The position numbers and the translations under genes are program-made. From Bythopirellula sp. (lineage in GTDB: Bacteria > Planctomycetota > Planctomycetia > Pirellulales > Lacipirellulaceae), in contig OZ244170.1 of the NCBI GenBank assembly GCA_965216565.1, positions 4,000,001-4,064,000 of the forward strand: DNA of 64,000 nucleotides. Reading direction: 5' to 3'. The notes beneath the pieces were generated by a model that was not told the origin of the DNA, made no database searches, and saw nothing but the letters and a program-made list of their open reading frames with translations. Each line of letters begins with the position of its first letter. The first letter of the stretch is position 1. This document shows, in pieces, positions 1 to 11,183 of this stretch.

Positions 1-780
1 CGTCTGCACGAACCGGCAGTGCCGATGATGCTGCCCGACAAAGTAGGCAGATTGCAGTTTCAAAACGCCTCGTTCAATTACCAGGAAAACGAACCAGTAT
101 TGGATCGTGTGACACTCGATGTAATGGCCGGCGAAACGGTGGCTATCGTTGGGCCCAACGGCTGTGGCAAGTCGACATTGATGAACCTCGTGGCTCGTTT
201 CTACGATCCTGCTGCAGGCTCGGTTATGCTAGACGGAATCGATTTGCGGAATTTGAGACTACGCGAGTTGCGCGGCCGATTGGGGATGGTTACGCAAGAG
301 ACGCTGCTGTTCAATGACACGGTGGCCAGCAACATTCTTTACGGTTCCCCTGGGGCGAGTCGCCAGGAGGTGATCGCCGCCGCAAACAAAGCCCACGCTC
401 ACCAGTTCATTACTGAAAAGCTTGCCGATGGGTACGACACCATTTGCGGCAACAAGGGGAACCGGCTCTCCGGTGGGCAGCGACAGCGAATCGTGCTTGC
501 CAGGGCGATTTTGCGCGATCCCGATATCTTAATTCTTGACGAGGCAACTAGCCAAATCGATGTCGAGAGTGAGCGATTAATCCACGAAGTGCTGGAAAAA
601 TTCGTCCGCGATCGAACCGTATTCATGATTACCCACCGACCAAGTACTCTGGCACTGGCCGACCGCATCGTTGTGATGGATCGGGGCCGCATCGCCGATG
701 TCGGTAGCTTCGACGAACTTTCAAATCGCTGCGAACTCTTCCGCCGTTTAGCGCATCTTGACTATCGAGAGAGTGCGTAA
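1..780 (+). CDS. ABC transporter (MsbA-like exporter), C-terminal ATP-binding domain; 5' part lies outside the window
   Basis: Walker A GPNGCGKS, signature LSGGQRQR, Walker B ILILDEATS, H-loop ITHR. Closely resembles the NBD of 34712..36715. Confidence 0.9.
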   Translation, partial: RLHEPAVPMMLPDKVGRLQFQNASFNYQENEPVLDRVTLDVMAGETVAIVGPNGCGKSTLMNLVARFYDPAAGSVMLDGIDLRNLRLRELRGRLGMVTQETLLFNDTVASNILYGSPGASRQEVIAAANKAHAHQFITEKLADGYDTICGNKGNRLSGGQRQRIVLARAILRDPDILILDEATSQIDVESERLIHEVLEKFVRDRTVFMITHRPSTLALADRIVVMDRGRIADVGSFDELSNRCELFRRLAHLDYRESA

Positions 781-931
781 TAGTAGCTGCCATCCGTTTG
801 CAGCTTGCCGCGGCTCAATATATCGCAAGGCAGGCGAGAGTCCTCTATGATACTACATAGAGGATACTACATAGAGAGATTTGCCTACGAGACTCCCTCA
901 CCCCTGCCCCCTCCATCCTAAACCCGTTCCA

Positions 932-1795
932 ATGTCGACCCACGAACTCCATACCTTGCACGAACGATCGTTCGAAGGCAACCGATTCGTCTACCCGGTA
1001 TTGAGTCGACGATCGCATGGCATCTCGATCGGAGTGAACCTCAATCCCGACAAGGTGTGCAATTTCGACTGTATCTATTGCCAAGTCGACCGCACCCGTC
1101 AAAGCGAAACACAATTTGTCGAGATGGACGGACTGCTCACCGAGTTGCGTGACGTTTTGCAGTTGGTCGCCTCGGGCGAGATTTTCCGAACCAACAAGTT
1201 CAAAGACACTCCCGTGGAGCTGCGGCGACTCAATGACATTGCCTTCTCGGGCGATGGTGAACCGACTACCTACAAAAACTTCGACGAGATCATTGCTGCT
1301 TGCGCCGAGGTGAAAGTCTCCGCACGACTCGATGAGGTAAAGATGGTGTTGATCACCAATGCCAGTATGTTCCACCGCGACCACGTCAAGCGTGGGCTTG
1401 CAATTCTCGACGCCAATCAGGGTGAAATCTGGGCCAAGCTCGAAGCGGGAACAGAGGAGTACTATCACCTTATAGAACGGACTCCCATTCCGTTTACTCA
1501 GATTCTGGACAACATCAAAGACGCTGCCCAGGTGCGACCGCTTGTTATCCAGTCCTTATTCATGCGAGTGAAAGACGAACCTCCCTCGGAAGCCGAGTTA
1601 TTGGCCTTCTGCGACCGGCTCAAAGAAATTACTGCCGCAGGGGGCAAACTCAGCCTGGTGCAAGTTTACACCGTTGCCCGACAACCTGCCGAAAGCTTTG
1701 TCACTCCGCTGGACGACTCCCAGGTCGACGCGATTGCCGAGTTGGTACGCACTCGCACCGGCATCCCTTCTGCTGCTTTCTATGGTGCCAGCTAA
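932..1795 (+). CDS. Radical SAM protein
   Basis: CNFDCIYC (CxxxCxxC), FSGDGEPT and LITNAS motifs. Start placed at ATG 932 (MSTHEL); the ORF extends upstream to 881. Confidence 0.85.
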   Translation: MSTHELHTLHERSFEGNRFVYPVLSRRSHGISIGVNLNPDKVCNFDCIYCQVDRTRQSETQFVEMDGLLTELRDVLQLVASGEIFRTNKFKDTPVELRRLNDIAFSGDGEPTTYKNFDEIIAACAEVKVSARLDEVKMVLITNASMFHRDHVKRGLAILDANQGEIWAKLEAGTEEYYHLIERTPIPFTQILDNIKDAAQVRPLVIQSLFMRVKDEPPSEAELLAFCDRLKEITAAGGKLSLVQVYTVARQPAESFVTPLDDSQVDAIAELVRTRTGIPSAAFYGAS

Positions 1796-1880
1796 ACGAT
1801 CTGTCTTTGCGTTGCCGCTAGCTCCAATTATGCTGGTAGCTTAGTCAATCGCTTCTCCGCTGCAAACTTGAAGGAATAAC

Positions 1881-3188
1881 ATGAAGATTGCCGTAGTAGG
1901 CACTGGTTATGTGGGACTAGTGACGGGTACTTGCTTTGCCGACAGTGGCAACGACGTGGTTTGCGTTGATATCGATGAGGCCAAAGTCAAAGCGCTACAG
2001 GATGGAAAGGTTCCCATCTACGAGCCAGGGCTGGAAGAAATGGTGGGCAATAATATCGCGGCGGGGCGGTTGAGCTTCTCGACCGATCTGGCTGAAGCTG
2101 TTAAGCCCGCTGAGATAGTCTACTTGGCAGTGGGCACTCCTCAGGGCGACGATGGCTCGGCCGACCTCTCGGCGCTGTGGGCCGTTGTCGAAGGTCTGGC
2201 ATCCCACCTACGTGAAGATGCAGTGGTTGTCACCAAGAGTACTGTTCCTGTAGGCACCAATGCACAAATCGATGCCCAACTGAAAGCACTCACGGGTCGG
2301 CAGTGCGAAGTCGCCAGCAATCCCGAGTTTCTAAAAGAAGGCGCGGCAATCGACGATTTCGAGAAGCCCGACCGAGTGGTTGTAGGCGTGCGTAGCGATC
2401 GTGCAGCCGAAGTGTTGCGACAACTTTACGCACCATTCTTGCGGACAGAGCATCCTTTTCTCGTCATGACGCCCGAAAGTGCCGAGATGACCAAATACGT
2501 GGCCAATGCGATGTTGGCAACCAAGATCAGTTTTATCAACGAAATGGCTAATCTTTGTGAACGGATGGGCGGCGACATCAACGACGTACGACGTGGCATC
2601 GGCCACGACAGCCGAATCGGTTTTGCCTTTCTCTTTCCCGGCGTGGGATATGGAGGAAGTTGTTTCCCCAAAGATGTACGCGCTCTTACTGCCATGACGG
2701 AGGAGCATGGTCTGGTGCCCAACATGTTGCGAGCGGTCGACCAAGTCAACGATCAACAAAAGCAGGTGATGATCGACAAGATCAAGCAGCACTTTGAGGG
2801 CAATCTATCTGAAAAGACCTTCGGCATCTGGGGCTTGGCATTCAAGCCACGCACCGACGATATCCGCGAAGCCCCGGCACTGGTGCTCATTGATTTTCTG
2901 CTTGAGCAAGGTGCCAAGGTGCAGGTGCACGATCCAGAAGCAATTGGTAATGTGCGCAGCGAATATGGTGATAAGCTTAGTTACTGCGAGCGTCGAGTCG
3001 ATGCAGTACGTGATGCCGATGCATTAGTCATCATGACGGAGTGGAAGAATTATCATCGGCCGAATTGGGATGAAGTGCTGTCCGCGATGCGATCGCCTAC
3101 CGTTTTCGATGGCCGCAATATCTACGAACCCGAGCGCATGAGCCAGCGTGGTATCCGCTACTATAGCATTGGCCGGCCCACGGTTTAG
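1881..3188 (+). CDS. ugd: UDP-glucose 6-dehydrogenase
   Basis: GTGYVG Rossmann motif, [15 protein letters not shown], catalytic [31 protein letters not shown] upstream. Confidence 0.93.
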   Translation: MKIAVVGTGYVGLVTGTCFADSGNDVVCVDIDEAKVKALQDGKVPIYEPGLEEMVGNNIAAGRLSFSTDLAEAVKPAEIVYLAVGTPQGDDGSADLSALWAVVEGLASHLREDAVVVTKSTVPVGTNAQIDAQLKALTGRQCEVASNPEFLKEGAAIDDFEKPDRVVVGVRSDRAAEVLRQLYAPFLRTEHPFLVMTPESAEMTKYVANAMLATKISFINEMANLCERMGGDINDVRRGIGHDSRIGFAFLFPGVGYGGSCFPKDVRALTAMTEEHGLVPNMLRAVDQVNDQQKQVMIDKIKQHFEGNLSEKTFGIWGLAFKPRTDDIREAPALVLIDFLLEQGAKVQVHDPEAIGNVRSEYGDKLSYCERRVDAVRDADALVIMTEWKNYHRPNWDEVLSAMRSPTVFDGRNIYEPERMSQRGIRYYSIGRPTV

Positions 3189-3398
3189 CTGGCCAATCTC
3201 AAGATCCCTCGACCGCTTGTGCCAGCATGTCGCGATACGATGCCTATTAATTGCAGCTGAGTGCAATGTATGCTTCATTACACTCTGTAAGGATGGCGTC
3301 CGACGGTCGTACTAATGGTATCGGAAAGTGGTTGCCTGCGCAGATCGGAACATGATTCTCCTCAGCTAGACCCTTTCAACACCCCAAGAGTTGATTGA

Positions 3399-4181
3399 AT
3401 GATGATTCATTCCCCTGATCGAATGCTGGCGGCAATAGGACTAGGCATACTGTGCCTGTCGACTATGGTGGCTGCCGCGGAAGATGAGCAGTCCCAGCCA
3501 TCCACAATGGTCGTTCTAGAACTCTTCACATCCCAGGGCTGCAGTAGCTGCCCCCCCGCCGATGAATTGCTGGCTCAAATTAGTAAGCTGAATGACGAAC
3601 ACAAATTGCCCGTGGTGTGCTTGTCGTTTCACGTTGACTACTGGAATTCCCTAGGCTGGAAGGATCCTTACAGCAAGGCCGAGTTCACTGAACGGCAACG
3701 CGACTACGCCCGGGTATTTCGAAATCGCTCGGTCTACACACCGCAGCTAATCGTGAATGGAAAGACGGAGTTCGTCGGTTCCAAAGCTTCCGCCGCTAGG
3801 AAGGCAATTCGCAATGCGCTCAAGGAGAAGCCGCGAGTACAAATCGAGATAACAACTGTGTGGGAGGAAGAAAAGAATCAGTGTGCAATTGAATATTCGT
3901 TGCAAGGTGTCTCCCCAAAAGAGCTTTTGAACATAGCGATTGTTCAGAAGCAGGGGACGAACAAAGTTCCACGTGGTGAAAATGCAGGTCGGGCACTAGC
4001 TCATGCAAATATTGTGCGAAATTTCGAGTCAATCGCGGTCGAGAATCCAACAGGGAAAGTTGCCATTAAGCTGCCAGAAGACTTGTTGAAGCCGCAAGAT
4101 GCCAGAGTCGTCGTTTATGTGCAGAATTCAGAATCAAAAGCAATCTCCGGCGCCATAGCGACGGATGTTCCCTCTAAGTAA
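3399..4181 (+). CDS. Secreted DUF1223-family thioredoxin-fold protein
   Basis: Signal-peptide-like N-terminus, then LELFTSQGCSSCPPAD, FHVDYW, YTPQLIVNG and RGENAG motifs. Confidence 0.8.
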   Translation: MMIHSPDRMLAAIGLGILCLSTMVAAAEDEQSQPSTMVVLELFTSQGCSSCPPADELLAQISKLNDEHKLPVVCLSFHVDYWNSLGWKDPYSKAEFTERQRDYARVFRNRSVYTPQLIVNGKTEFVGSKASAARKAIRNALKEKPRVQIEITTVWEEEKNQCAIEYSLQGVSPKELLNIAIVQKQGTNKVPRGENAGRALAHANIVRNFESIAVENPTGKVAIKLPEDLLKPQDARVVVYVQNSESKAISGAIATDVPSK

Positions 4182-4196
4182 GCCAGGAAGATAATT

Positions 4197-4925
4197 ATGC
4201 TCTCTTTCCCCATCACCATCCCAGTACGCTGGCTCATTGGCTGTGGTCTTCTGATTTCGATTGGATGCAGTAAGCAGGCGTCCGAACCTAGCCCCCCTTC
4301 CACACAGGAAACTGCACCAGTGGCGAAAACTCGTGCTCCTTCAGCATCGAGCGATCAGAACCCTGCTTCGGACATGTCTGGCATGGCGAAAATGGCTCCC
4401 GATCCTGAAGCCATCGTCTTCAAAGACAACGTCGTCAGCAACGCCGAGGCTCCCAAAGGTTTAGACGGCCTCGTGTTTTTCGATACGCAGGAAAACCGCG
4501 TGAAGCTGAGCGATTACGTCGGCAATAAGAACGTAGTGCTTGTGTTTACTGAAGGTTTTGCTGGAATGCTCTGTCCGTTTTGCAAGACACAAACCTCTCG
4601 ACTAGTTGCCAATTACGATAAATTTAGGGAGCTCGATACGGAGATTCTCGTAGTCTACCCAGGTACTCGGAACAAATTGGACGAATTTATCGAAGCTGCT
4701 AAAAAGACTAGCAAGTCACAGGTCGATCGTGTGCCGTTTCCCTTGTTGCTGGATGAGAACTTTAGAGCTGTTGACTATTTTCAAATTCGGTCGAACCTCG
4801 CCCATCCCTCAACTTACGTCATCGATAAGACAGGCACAGTTCGCTTGGCCTACGTTGGCAATGACATGAGTGCAGACCGGCCCTCAGTGAGTGCACTGCT
4901 CGAGCAAGTTCGACTGGCAAACTGA
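4197..4925 (+). CDS. AhpC/TSA-type redoxin, probable lipoprotein
   Basis: Lipobox-like LLISIGC, LSDY..KNVVLVF, CPFC, FPLLLD and PSTYVIDK.G motifs. Confidence 0.75.
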   Translation: MLSFPITIPVRWLIGCGLLISIGCSKQASEPSPPSTQETAPVAKTRAPSASSDQNPASDMSGMAKMAPDPEAIVFKDNVVSNAEAPKGLDGLVFFDTQENRVKLSDYVGNKNVVLVFTEGFAGMLCPFCKTQTSRLVANYDKFRELDTEILVVYPGTRNKLDEFIEAAKKTSKSQVDRVPFPLLLDENFRAVDYFQIRSNLAHPSTYVIDKTGTVRLAYVGNDMSADRPSVSALLEQVRLAN

Positions 4926-5023
4926 ATACCTGAATCAATATAGAGCTGCCAGTGGGTTGGCCGACAAGCTAGAATAGGGTTGGAATCAGATAGTTCTATC
5001 TAGCACAAACTTTTGGCACGGCG

Positions 5024-6919
5024 ATGGTTCAAGACTCGGCAGCGAATCCGCCAGACGGTGCCCCAGCGCAGCGGGCCCCTACGCAAGAAGCACTTTTGTG
5101 GTTGGCGGTGGAGCGCGGGCTGCTCAGCCAGGATGATGCCACCCGGCTAGTTAAGGAGTCGACGCACAGTAGTCGCACCCCTCTGGAAAGCGCGGTCGAC
5201 GAAGGGCTCCTCAACCCTGCCCAGGCGGAGTTTCTTTCGGCTATTGCCGAACCTCAGCGATTCATCAATGGCTACGAAGTTCTCGATTTGATCGGCTTTG
5301 GGGGGATGGGCGTCGTCTATCGGGCGAAGCAGGAAAACTTAGATCGCGAAGTGGCACTCAAAACGTTGCGTCTTAGCTCGCTCGACAACCCAACGTTGTT
5401 GGGACGCACTGAGGTGGAAGCGCAAGTAATTGCCAATTTGCGACATCCCAATATTGTGGCGGCCTACGACTATGGAACTCATGACGGCAAGGTATATCTC
5501 GCCTTGGAACTGGTCGAAGGGGAAGATCTCTGCACGAGGCTCGATCGAGAAGGCGCTCTGGATGAATCTCTGGTTTGGGCAATGGCACACCAGGTGGCTG
5601 CAGCACTAGCCTATGCAAACGAATTAGATGTTGTGCATCGCGATATTAAGCCCGCCAATCTCTTGCTCACCGACCCACTTCCCGGCTTTGGGCTCCGTCC
5701 TGGTGTACCGATGGTCAAGGTTACCGACTTTGGCTTGGCTCTGCGCGCAAATACTTCAGTCGACCAAACGCGCCTTACCTTAGCCGGCGCTGCACTCGGC
5801 ACCTTGGCTTACGTTGCTCCCGAGCAGTTGCAGGAGTCGACCGTTGACCTGCGAGCTGACGTTTTTGCGCTTGGTGCTTCCGTATTTCATATGCTTGCTG
5901 GAGATGCTCCTTTTGCAGGCACTACACCAATGAAAGTGTTAATTGCGAAAACCACCGGCGATGCGAGCTGGCGAGAGTTGCTGCCCAAATCGATTTCACC
6001 GGAGTCGAGGCAGTTGTTTCGCGACATGACGGAGAGCGAACCCGAGGCGCGACTTGGCGGTTACGGCGAATTACTAGAACGTATCGAACGGTTACTTGAT
6101 AGAAAAGATTCTGAGGGCCTCCTGCAAACTACGGCCTTTCTCCAACCGAGAGACGGAGCTTCGCAAGAAAAGCGCAGGCCTGTGAATAAAGCGACGAAGA
6201 CCGAATCGCCCGTGCAGACGCGGCGAATTTCCATCCTAGCCGCTAGTTTTGCGATACTACTCGGTGTATCAGCTCTTCTACTTTATTTGGGCCAGCCAAA
6301 GTCTCGCGCCCTGGTAGATGCCGACCTACCAAACTGGACCACACGAAACAGTGAGCGAATCTATTTTTTTACCGGCAAGCTCCCAACGAATGGACGCCCC
6401 CAGGGGCTATGGAACGATGCCCAAGGCGACGAGGGGGAACTGGTCATGGCCGGTTCGAGTGGTTCTTACACGCTGCCTCTCCGCACAGCGGAGGGTAGAT
6501 TCTTAACGGAACAGTACCTGTTCCGAGTGAATATCAAGCCCCGACAAGCAAGTCGAGTGGAAGTTCACTTTGGTCGTCTTGAGCCGGAGGAGTCAGCAAC
6601 CCGGCTGGTGGTTCAAATTTCAGGGGGTCAAGCTCAACTTGGTTTACGCCCCGGAGCCGATGCAACCTTCAAGCCTTTTTCAGAATTCGAGCCGGTTCGA
6701 TTAGAGACAACTAACCCACTGGCCTATCAAACTCTAAGTATTCGACGCTGGCCAGAAGGTTGGGCTGTAAGCGTGAACGGCACTAGCCTGGGAACCATTG
6801 CCGCAGTGGAAGGCGAGGAGTTCGACCGTATTCAGTTCTTCGTCAACGGCGGTGAAGCCCACTTTGCCGATATCGAAGGACTTCCGTTAATAGAAGCCAA
6901 CAGCGAAGTTGGAAGCTAA
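5024..6919 (+). CDS. Hanks-type Ser/Thr protein kinase with a TM segment and C-terminal extracytoplasmic domain
   Basis: GFGGMGVVY, VALK, HRDIKPAN, DFG and GTLAYVAPE motifs. Hydrophobic segment ISILAASFAILLGVSALLLYL. Confidence 0.92.
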   Translation: MVQDSAANPPDGAPAQRAPTQEALLWLAVERGLLSQDDATRLVKESTHSSRTPLESAVDEGLLNPAQAEFLSAIAEPQRFINGYEVLDLIGFGGMGVVYRAKQENLDREVALKTLRLSSLDNPTLLGRTEVEAQVIANLRHPNIVAAYDYGTHDGKVYLALELVEGEDLCTRLDREGALDESLVWAMAHQVAAALAYANELDVVHRDIKPANLLLTDPLPGFGLRPGVPMVKVTDFGLALRANTSVDQTRLTLAGAALGTLAYVAPEQLQESTVDLRADVFALGASVFHMLAGDAPFAGTTPMKVLIAKTTGDASWRELLPKSISPESRQLFRDMTESEPEARLGGYGELLERIERLLDRKDSEGLLQTTAFLQPRDGASQEKRRPVNKATKTESPVQTRRISILAASFAILLGVSALLLYLGQPKSRALVDADLPNWTTRNSERIYFFTGKLPTNGRPQGLWNDAQGDEGELVMAGSSGSYTLPLRTAEGRFLTEQYLFRVNIKPRQASRVEVHFGRLEPEESATRLVVQISGGQAQLGLRPGADATFKPFSEFEPVRLETTNPLAYQTLSIRRWPEGWAVSVNGTSLGTIAAVEGEEFDRIQFFVNGGEAHFADIEGLPLIEANSEVGS

Positions 6920-6979
6920 CTATCAGAGTCGCAGAAGACCTACCTGCCCCGCTCGCAGACAATTGTCTAGACGATTCAC

Positions 6980-9841
6980 CTAGGACGAAGATCTCTGGCG
7001 ATATAGCGTGTGGTCCACCGCACCTGCCATGGCTGAGAGGTTGAGATCGTGATTGAGAAAATTCGCTAGTTGCTCCGCAGCGTCCTGGGCATTGTCTAAG
7101 ACGTCGCGGTATCCGATTACAAGCCTAGGAATCTTGTACTGATTTAGCCAAGCGTCTACTTGAGAGAGTTGACGCGAAAAGCTCTTAGCAAGTCGTTGCT
7201 CATCCAAGTCGGCCCCACGACGGCCAAGGCGGTCGAGCATGGTCCGTTGCGAACGCAGTACCTCATCGATCTCACGCTTGATGAATACGATGCGGTAACT
7301 GTGCTGGGTTGGCAGGTGGGGTAACAACTGTGCGACGAGTTTGACCACTCGCCCCTTTGCTTCGGGTAGCCATTGCTTGTTCTTGATTAACTGTCTGGCT
7401 GGCTCGTATTCGTAATACCCACGGGGATTGTCCTCATCTGCTGGACGGTTTTCATCAACTAGGGGCGTTATCCCGCCGGCAGAGAGCATCTGCATCATCA
7501 TCGAAGTCCCTGAACGAGGAAGTCCAGAGACAATCGTAACCGTCCGATTCACTGGGACCGCCTCCGACTGTTTCGTAGTGAAGGTCTCAATTGGCCATTG
7601 GAATTCAGAGCTATTCTCTACCTCAATATCTGCAGTATCCTTCCGAAGAGTTTCTTTCTTTTCTACCGGCGCGTTGCGAATTCGCACACGAATCGAACGG
7701 GCCTGCTGCCGATGATGTGTTGCCTGAGGCTGATCACCTAGTCGGTTCTTATAGATTCGAGCCAACCGACTGTGTGCAGCCGCATTGTTCGGATTCTGTG
7801 AAAGGGAAACAAGTAACGCGTCGATGGCTTCGGCCAAACGATTGGTGCGGTGCAGTGCTATTCCGAGCAAATGATGAGCGCGAGGAAAGTGGTAACTCAT
7901 GCCGACTGTCTCGAGAAAGAACTCTATGGCTTCCAAATCGCGACGCTCTGCCAATGCACAACGTCCTAAGCCGAAGAGTGCCCGCGGCTGCTCAGGATCG
8001 ATTTCCAGTACAAATTCAAAAGCTCCACGGGCATCGTCCCATCGCTTTAGCTCGGCAAAGATTTCGCCGATCGTTAGATGCATGTCAACCGACCGAGGTT
8101 TTGCCGTGGCAACTTTCATAAACCGTTTGGCAGCGCCTTCCAAATCTCCCTGAGCTAGTGCGACGAGGCCGCGTAGATAGGGTTCTACAAGTGGCCCTGG
8201 GTTGGAAAGTACTCTACAGCGGCCAAACTCATGTTGTTCTTCTGGCGTTAGGATTGGATTTTCTGTTTGCTCCTCCGCATCTTCTCCTGATTTCTCTGCT
8301 TCTTCTTTGCGACGTTCTTGTTCTTCTTGGATCTTTGTCTGAAACTCCTCGACCTTTACCTGAGCATCTTTGGCGAGTCGCTCTCTTGTCTCGAGCAATT
8401 CGTCGACGATTCGCGCCAGATTCTCGACTTCATCCAGCGATCGATAGCAAAGCATCAGCAAATTGGCAAAGCGAAGTTCATCGGGCCAATCGTGCCACAA
8501 CTCCTCCAGAATCGTCTTGCCCTCGGAAAATCGATCGTCATCCAGATATGCCTGGGCTAGATTGAACTGCAATTCTCGGACGGTCCGCTTGACGGCTAGC
8601 TCGGCATTTTCGCCCGGATCTTCGATGTATCCCAAATCGACGAGTTGCTGCAGCGATTGCCGCGCCTCGTCTGGATCGGTTCGGTAATCTGGCGGCAACA
8701 TTCCGCTATCGCCTTCAACCTTCTCCCAGCTATCGATTGTTTGCACCTCCGGAGTCGAATCAAATATTTCGAGCAGTGGTTTGCCTTGCATATCTTTGCC
8801 AACTGGCAAGTCGAACAGTTGTAAAATCGTAGGTGTGATATCTAAGAGAGATGCCCCGAATACATGTTCGCCCTGCTTGATGCCGGGACCGCGAACCACA
8901 AGGATGCCATAGGGACTATGCTCAATGGCAGGGCCCGCCGGCTCGAAAGGTATGTGGGCCGGGCGCAGATGATCGCTATGAAATCCATGATCAGACATCA
9001 AAATGACAGTCGTTTCGGGACCGGCAAGTTGTAGCAGCACGCCTAGCATCATGTCGTGGTAGCGATAGGCAGCTTCCATGACACCTTGGTACAGATCAAA
9101 ATCTTTCTCAGGAATATGTGGCTGACGTGGTGGATGATACTTCATGAAGCCATGACCAAAGTGGTCGATCGCATCGAAATAGACTCCCATAAAGTCCCAA
9201 GGCTCATTTTGCATAACCGCCGTGGTGGCTGCTTGAATGGTTGTGCAGTCGGCAAGTGTGCGAGCGACCGCTTCCAGCCGCTTGTCAGTCTCTTGGTCGA
9301 TCTCAGCTGCCTTAGGAACAAACGGCAAGAGGTGATCGGCGGTTAGCTCAGCAGGATGCATGCGGAGTCTTCGCAGAGGATCGACCAACCGCTCGGGATG
9401 CACGGTGCCTGGCTGCATAGGCCACGGCTTTCCGGCCGGGGCCATTGCTCGTTGGTAATGATTGGAAATCATGACGCCGTTAATCGGCTCGACGGGGTGC
9501 GACGGCCACCAACCAACGACACACGACCGTAGATCATTTTGATTGAGAATATTCCATATGGCCTTCACTTTGCGACTGGCGCTAGAGATGGGGCGTACGC
9601 GACCCGTATCGGGATCCGGCTCGGTGAACCCGTGCACTCCATGCTTGAATGGTCGGACTCCGGTGGCGATGGTTGTCCAGAGCATGGGCGAGAGAATAGG
9701 CCGCAAGGTGGCAAGGCGCCCCGAAACGCCACTATCGACTAGGCGTGCGAGTGCGGGCATTTTTCCCGCGTCGAGCAGTGGCTGCATGATTTTCCAATCC
9801 GCAGCATCCCAACCGATAAGTAGTACTTTGCGTTTTGCCAT
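6980..9841 (-). CDS. Alkaline-phosphatase-superfamily (phosphodiesterase-type) domain + TPR + C-terminal sulfotransferase-like domain
   Basis: N-terminal LLIGWDAADW, LSPMLWTTIATG, DHFGH and MSDHGF; central TPR-like helices; PAPS-loop-like SGLPRSGTSMMMQML. Start placed at MAKRK (9841) because the longer ORF start overlaps the terminator. Confidence 0.8.
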   Translation of the reverse strand: MAKRKVLLIGWDAADWKIMQPLLDAGKMPALARLVDSGVSGRLATLRPILSPMLWTTIATGVRPFKHGVHGFTEPDPDTGRVRPISSASRKVKAIWNILNQNDLRSCVVGWWPSHPVEPINGVMISNHYQRAMAPAGKPWPMQPGTVHPERLVDPLRRLRMHPAELTADHLLPFVPKAAEIDQETDKRLEAVARTLADCTTIQAATTAVMQNEPWDFMGVYFDAIDHFGHGFMKYHPPRQPHIPEKDFDLYQGVMEAAYRYHDMMLGVLLQLAGPETTVILMSDHGFHSDHLRPAHIPFEPAGPAIEHSPYGILVVRGPGIKQGEHVFGASLLDITPTILQLFDLPVGKDMQGKPLLEIFDSTPEVQTIDSWEKVEGDSGMLPPDYRTDPDEARQSLQQLVDLGYIEDPGENAELAVKRTVRELQFNLAQAYLDDDRFSEGKTILEELWHDWPDELRFANLLMLCYRSLDEVENLARIVDELLETRERLAKDAQVKVEEFQTKIQEEQERRKEEAEKSGEDAEEQTENPILTPEEQHEFGRCRVLSNPGPLVEPYLRGLVALAQGDLEGAAKRFMKVATAKPRSVDMHLTIGEIFAELKRWDDARGAFEFVLEIDPEQPRALFGLGRCALAERRDLEAIEFFLETVGMSYHFPRAHHLLGIALHRTNRLAEAIDALLVSLSQNPNNAAAHSRLARIYKNRLGDQPQATHHRQQARSIRVRIRNAPVEKKETLRKDTADIEVENSSEFQWPIETFTTKQSEAVPVNRTVTIVSGLPRSGTSMMMQMLSAGGITPLVDENRPADEDNPRGYYEYEPARQLIKNKQWLPEAKGRVVKLVAQLLPHLPTQHSYRIVFIKREIDEVLRSQRTMLDRLGRRGADLDEQRLAKSFSRQLSQVDAWLNQYKIPRLVIGYRDVLDNAQDAAEQLANFLNHDLNLSAMAGAVDHTLYRQRSSS

Positions 9842-9890
9842 AGTTGTCGGATAGATGTTCGAGGGATGGGTGCTGGCAGTATAGTCCAAC

Positions 9891-9919
9891 AAAAAACGGG
9901 TCGCCCAGGAGACGACCCG
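9891..9919 (-). terminator. Rho-independent terminator after the PEP-CTERM gene
   Basis: Minus strand reads CGGGTCG-tctcctggg-CGACCCG-TTTTTT, 33 bp downstream of the stop at 9953. Confidence 0.8.
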
Positions 9920-9952
9920 CAGTGTCTAGATTGGATGCAATGAGGAGGGCAA

Positions 9953-10882
9953 TTAGTTGGATTGTTCCTCGTGCTTCTGTCGGCGTGACCGTCGAGTTGC
10001 CAGTAGCCCCGCGGCACCAGTAGCCAATAGTGCGAGACCAGAAGGTTCGGGAACTGAACCGGCGTGGATTGCAACGCCCGGTTGGGTTTCGAAGGCCCAG
10101 CCGTGAATCGTTAACTTGCTGTAGTCCCCTTCCAGTTCGACATCGACCCAGGCGAAACGCGAGTCGCTATTCACATCGTCGAACTGCACACCCAAGAATC
10201 CCCGCATGCCGGGAAACTGCCCGTACGATGTAAAGAAGGAAGTAGGACCTGTGCTGTAACCACCAAAACGACTATTCAGGGTGGGGTGGGTGTAGCTCGC
10301 TGTCACACCGCCACCGGTAGAAAGAAGCTGCTTGTAGTAGCGAACCGAGGAAGTGTTGACATTAATGCGATAGCTAGAACTCAGAAATCCAAGTGCCGCG
10401 TTACTACTGCCTCCAGTGAAGAGACCTGCGTCGACGTTGGTCGAGCTCTGCAATTTTCGAGCGTAGCCACTCGTAGCAATTTGCCCACCGAAACCGATGT
10501 TCGATGCGTAGGCGTTTCCTCTATTGGTTGTGTTCCTATACGACCGAAAGTAGTTGTAGAATTTTACAGTCGCCATGGTGCCGGCAGAATTTACGTTCGT
10601 ACTCGTGCCCCCCACGTTGAAGCCATCAGTGGTTGAAAAAGAAGTCTTATTCAACCCAAGCCGTAGGTCCGGCGTGCCATCGTTATTGAGGTCCAGATCG
10701 AATGTCTGACCTGGGAGAATCATGATGTTTTGATTTATCTTGCCACTGGTCGCTGCCTCGGCCGCCTGTCCGCCAACGAGTGCTGCGCTTGCCGCCGCGG
10801 AATAGCCAATGAGCTTCTTCTTGAGTTGGCTCTTTTGATTCTTGCGCGCGAGATGTTTCTTCGATGTGCGACGTTTACGCAT
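9953..10882 (-). CDS. PEP-CTERM-sorted surface protein
   Basis: Basic leader with signal peptide (..GYSAAASAALVGGQAAEA) and C-terminal VPEPSGLALLATGAAGLLATRRSRR. AAAGGGGGAG RBS. Confidence 0.88.
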   Translation of the reverse strand: MRKRRTSKKHLARKNQKSQLKKKLIGYSAAASAALVGGQAAEAATSGKINQNIMILPGQTFDLDLNNDGTPDLRLGLNKTSFSTTDGFNVGGTSTNVNSAGTMATVKFYNYFRSYRNTTNRGNAYASNIGFGGQIATSGYARKLQSSTNVDAGLFTGGSSNAALGFLSSSYRINVNTSSVRYYKQLLSTGGGVTASYTHPTLNSRFGGYSTGPTSFFTSYGQFPGMRGFLGVQFDDVNSDSRFAWVDVELEGDYSKLTIHGWAFETQPGVAIHAGSVPEPSGLALLATGAAGLLATRRSRRQKHEEQSN

Positions 10883-11183
10883 GAGATCTCCCCCTTTGGA
10901 AGCCGGTTCGTCGGAAAAGAATTGAGCAACTAGATGGCAGCCGATGTCTTGGGCTTAATATAGTCGCCGGGAGTAGAATTCACCAGTTTAATCGAGTTAT
11001 TTCAATAGATACTGTTAGAGCTCGGAAAGCTGTATTATTTGCGGATAGCAATTAAACCGAGTCTGATTCAGAATTTACGACGTGGCCTTTCGCACAAGAT
11101 TCACCATGGGCTGATGCCAGCAAATCATACGTGGGGGTTTGGTAGCTAAAGGGTAGTTTTGATTTCAAGTAGCTAGGAAAACC

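Noticed and set aside
5024..6919. Ser/Thr kinase as the partner of the operon's FHA protein
   Set aside because: It is on the opposite strand, separated by unrelated genes, and the FHA lacks pThr-binding residues. Such kinases are common in planctomycetes.
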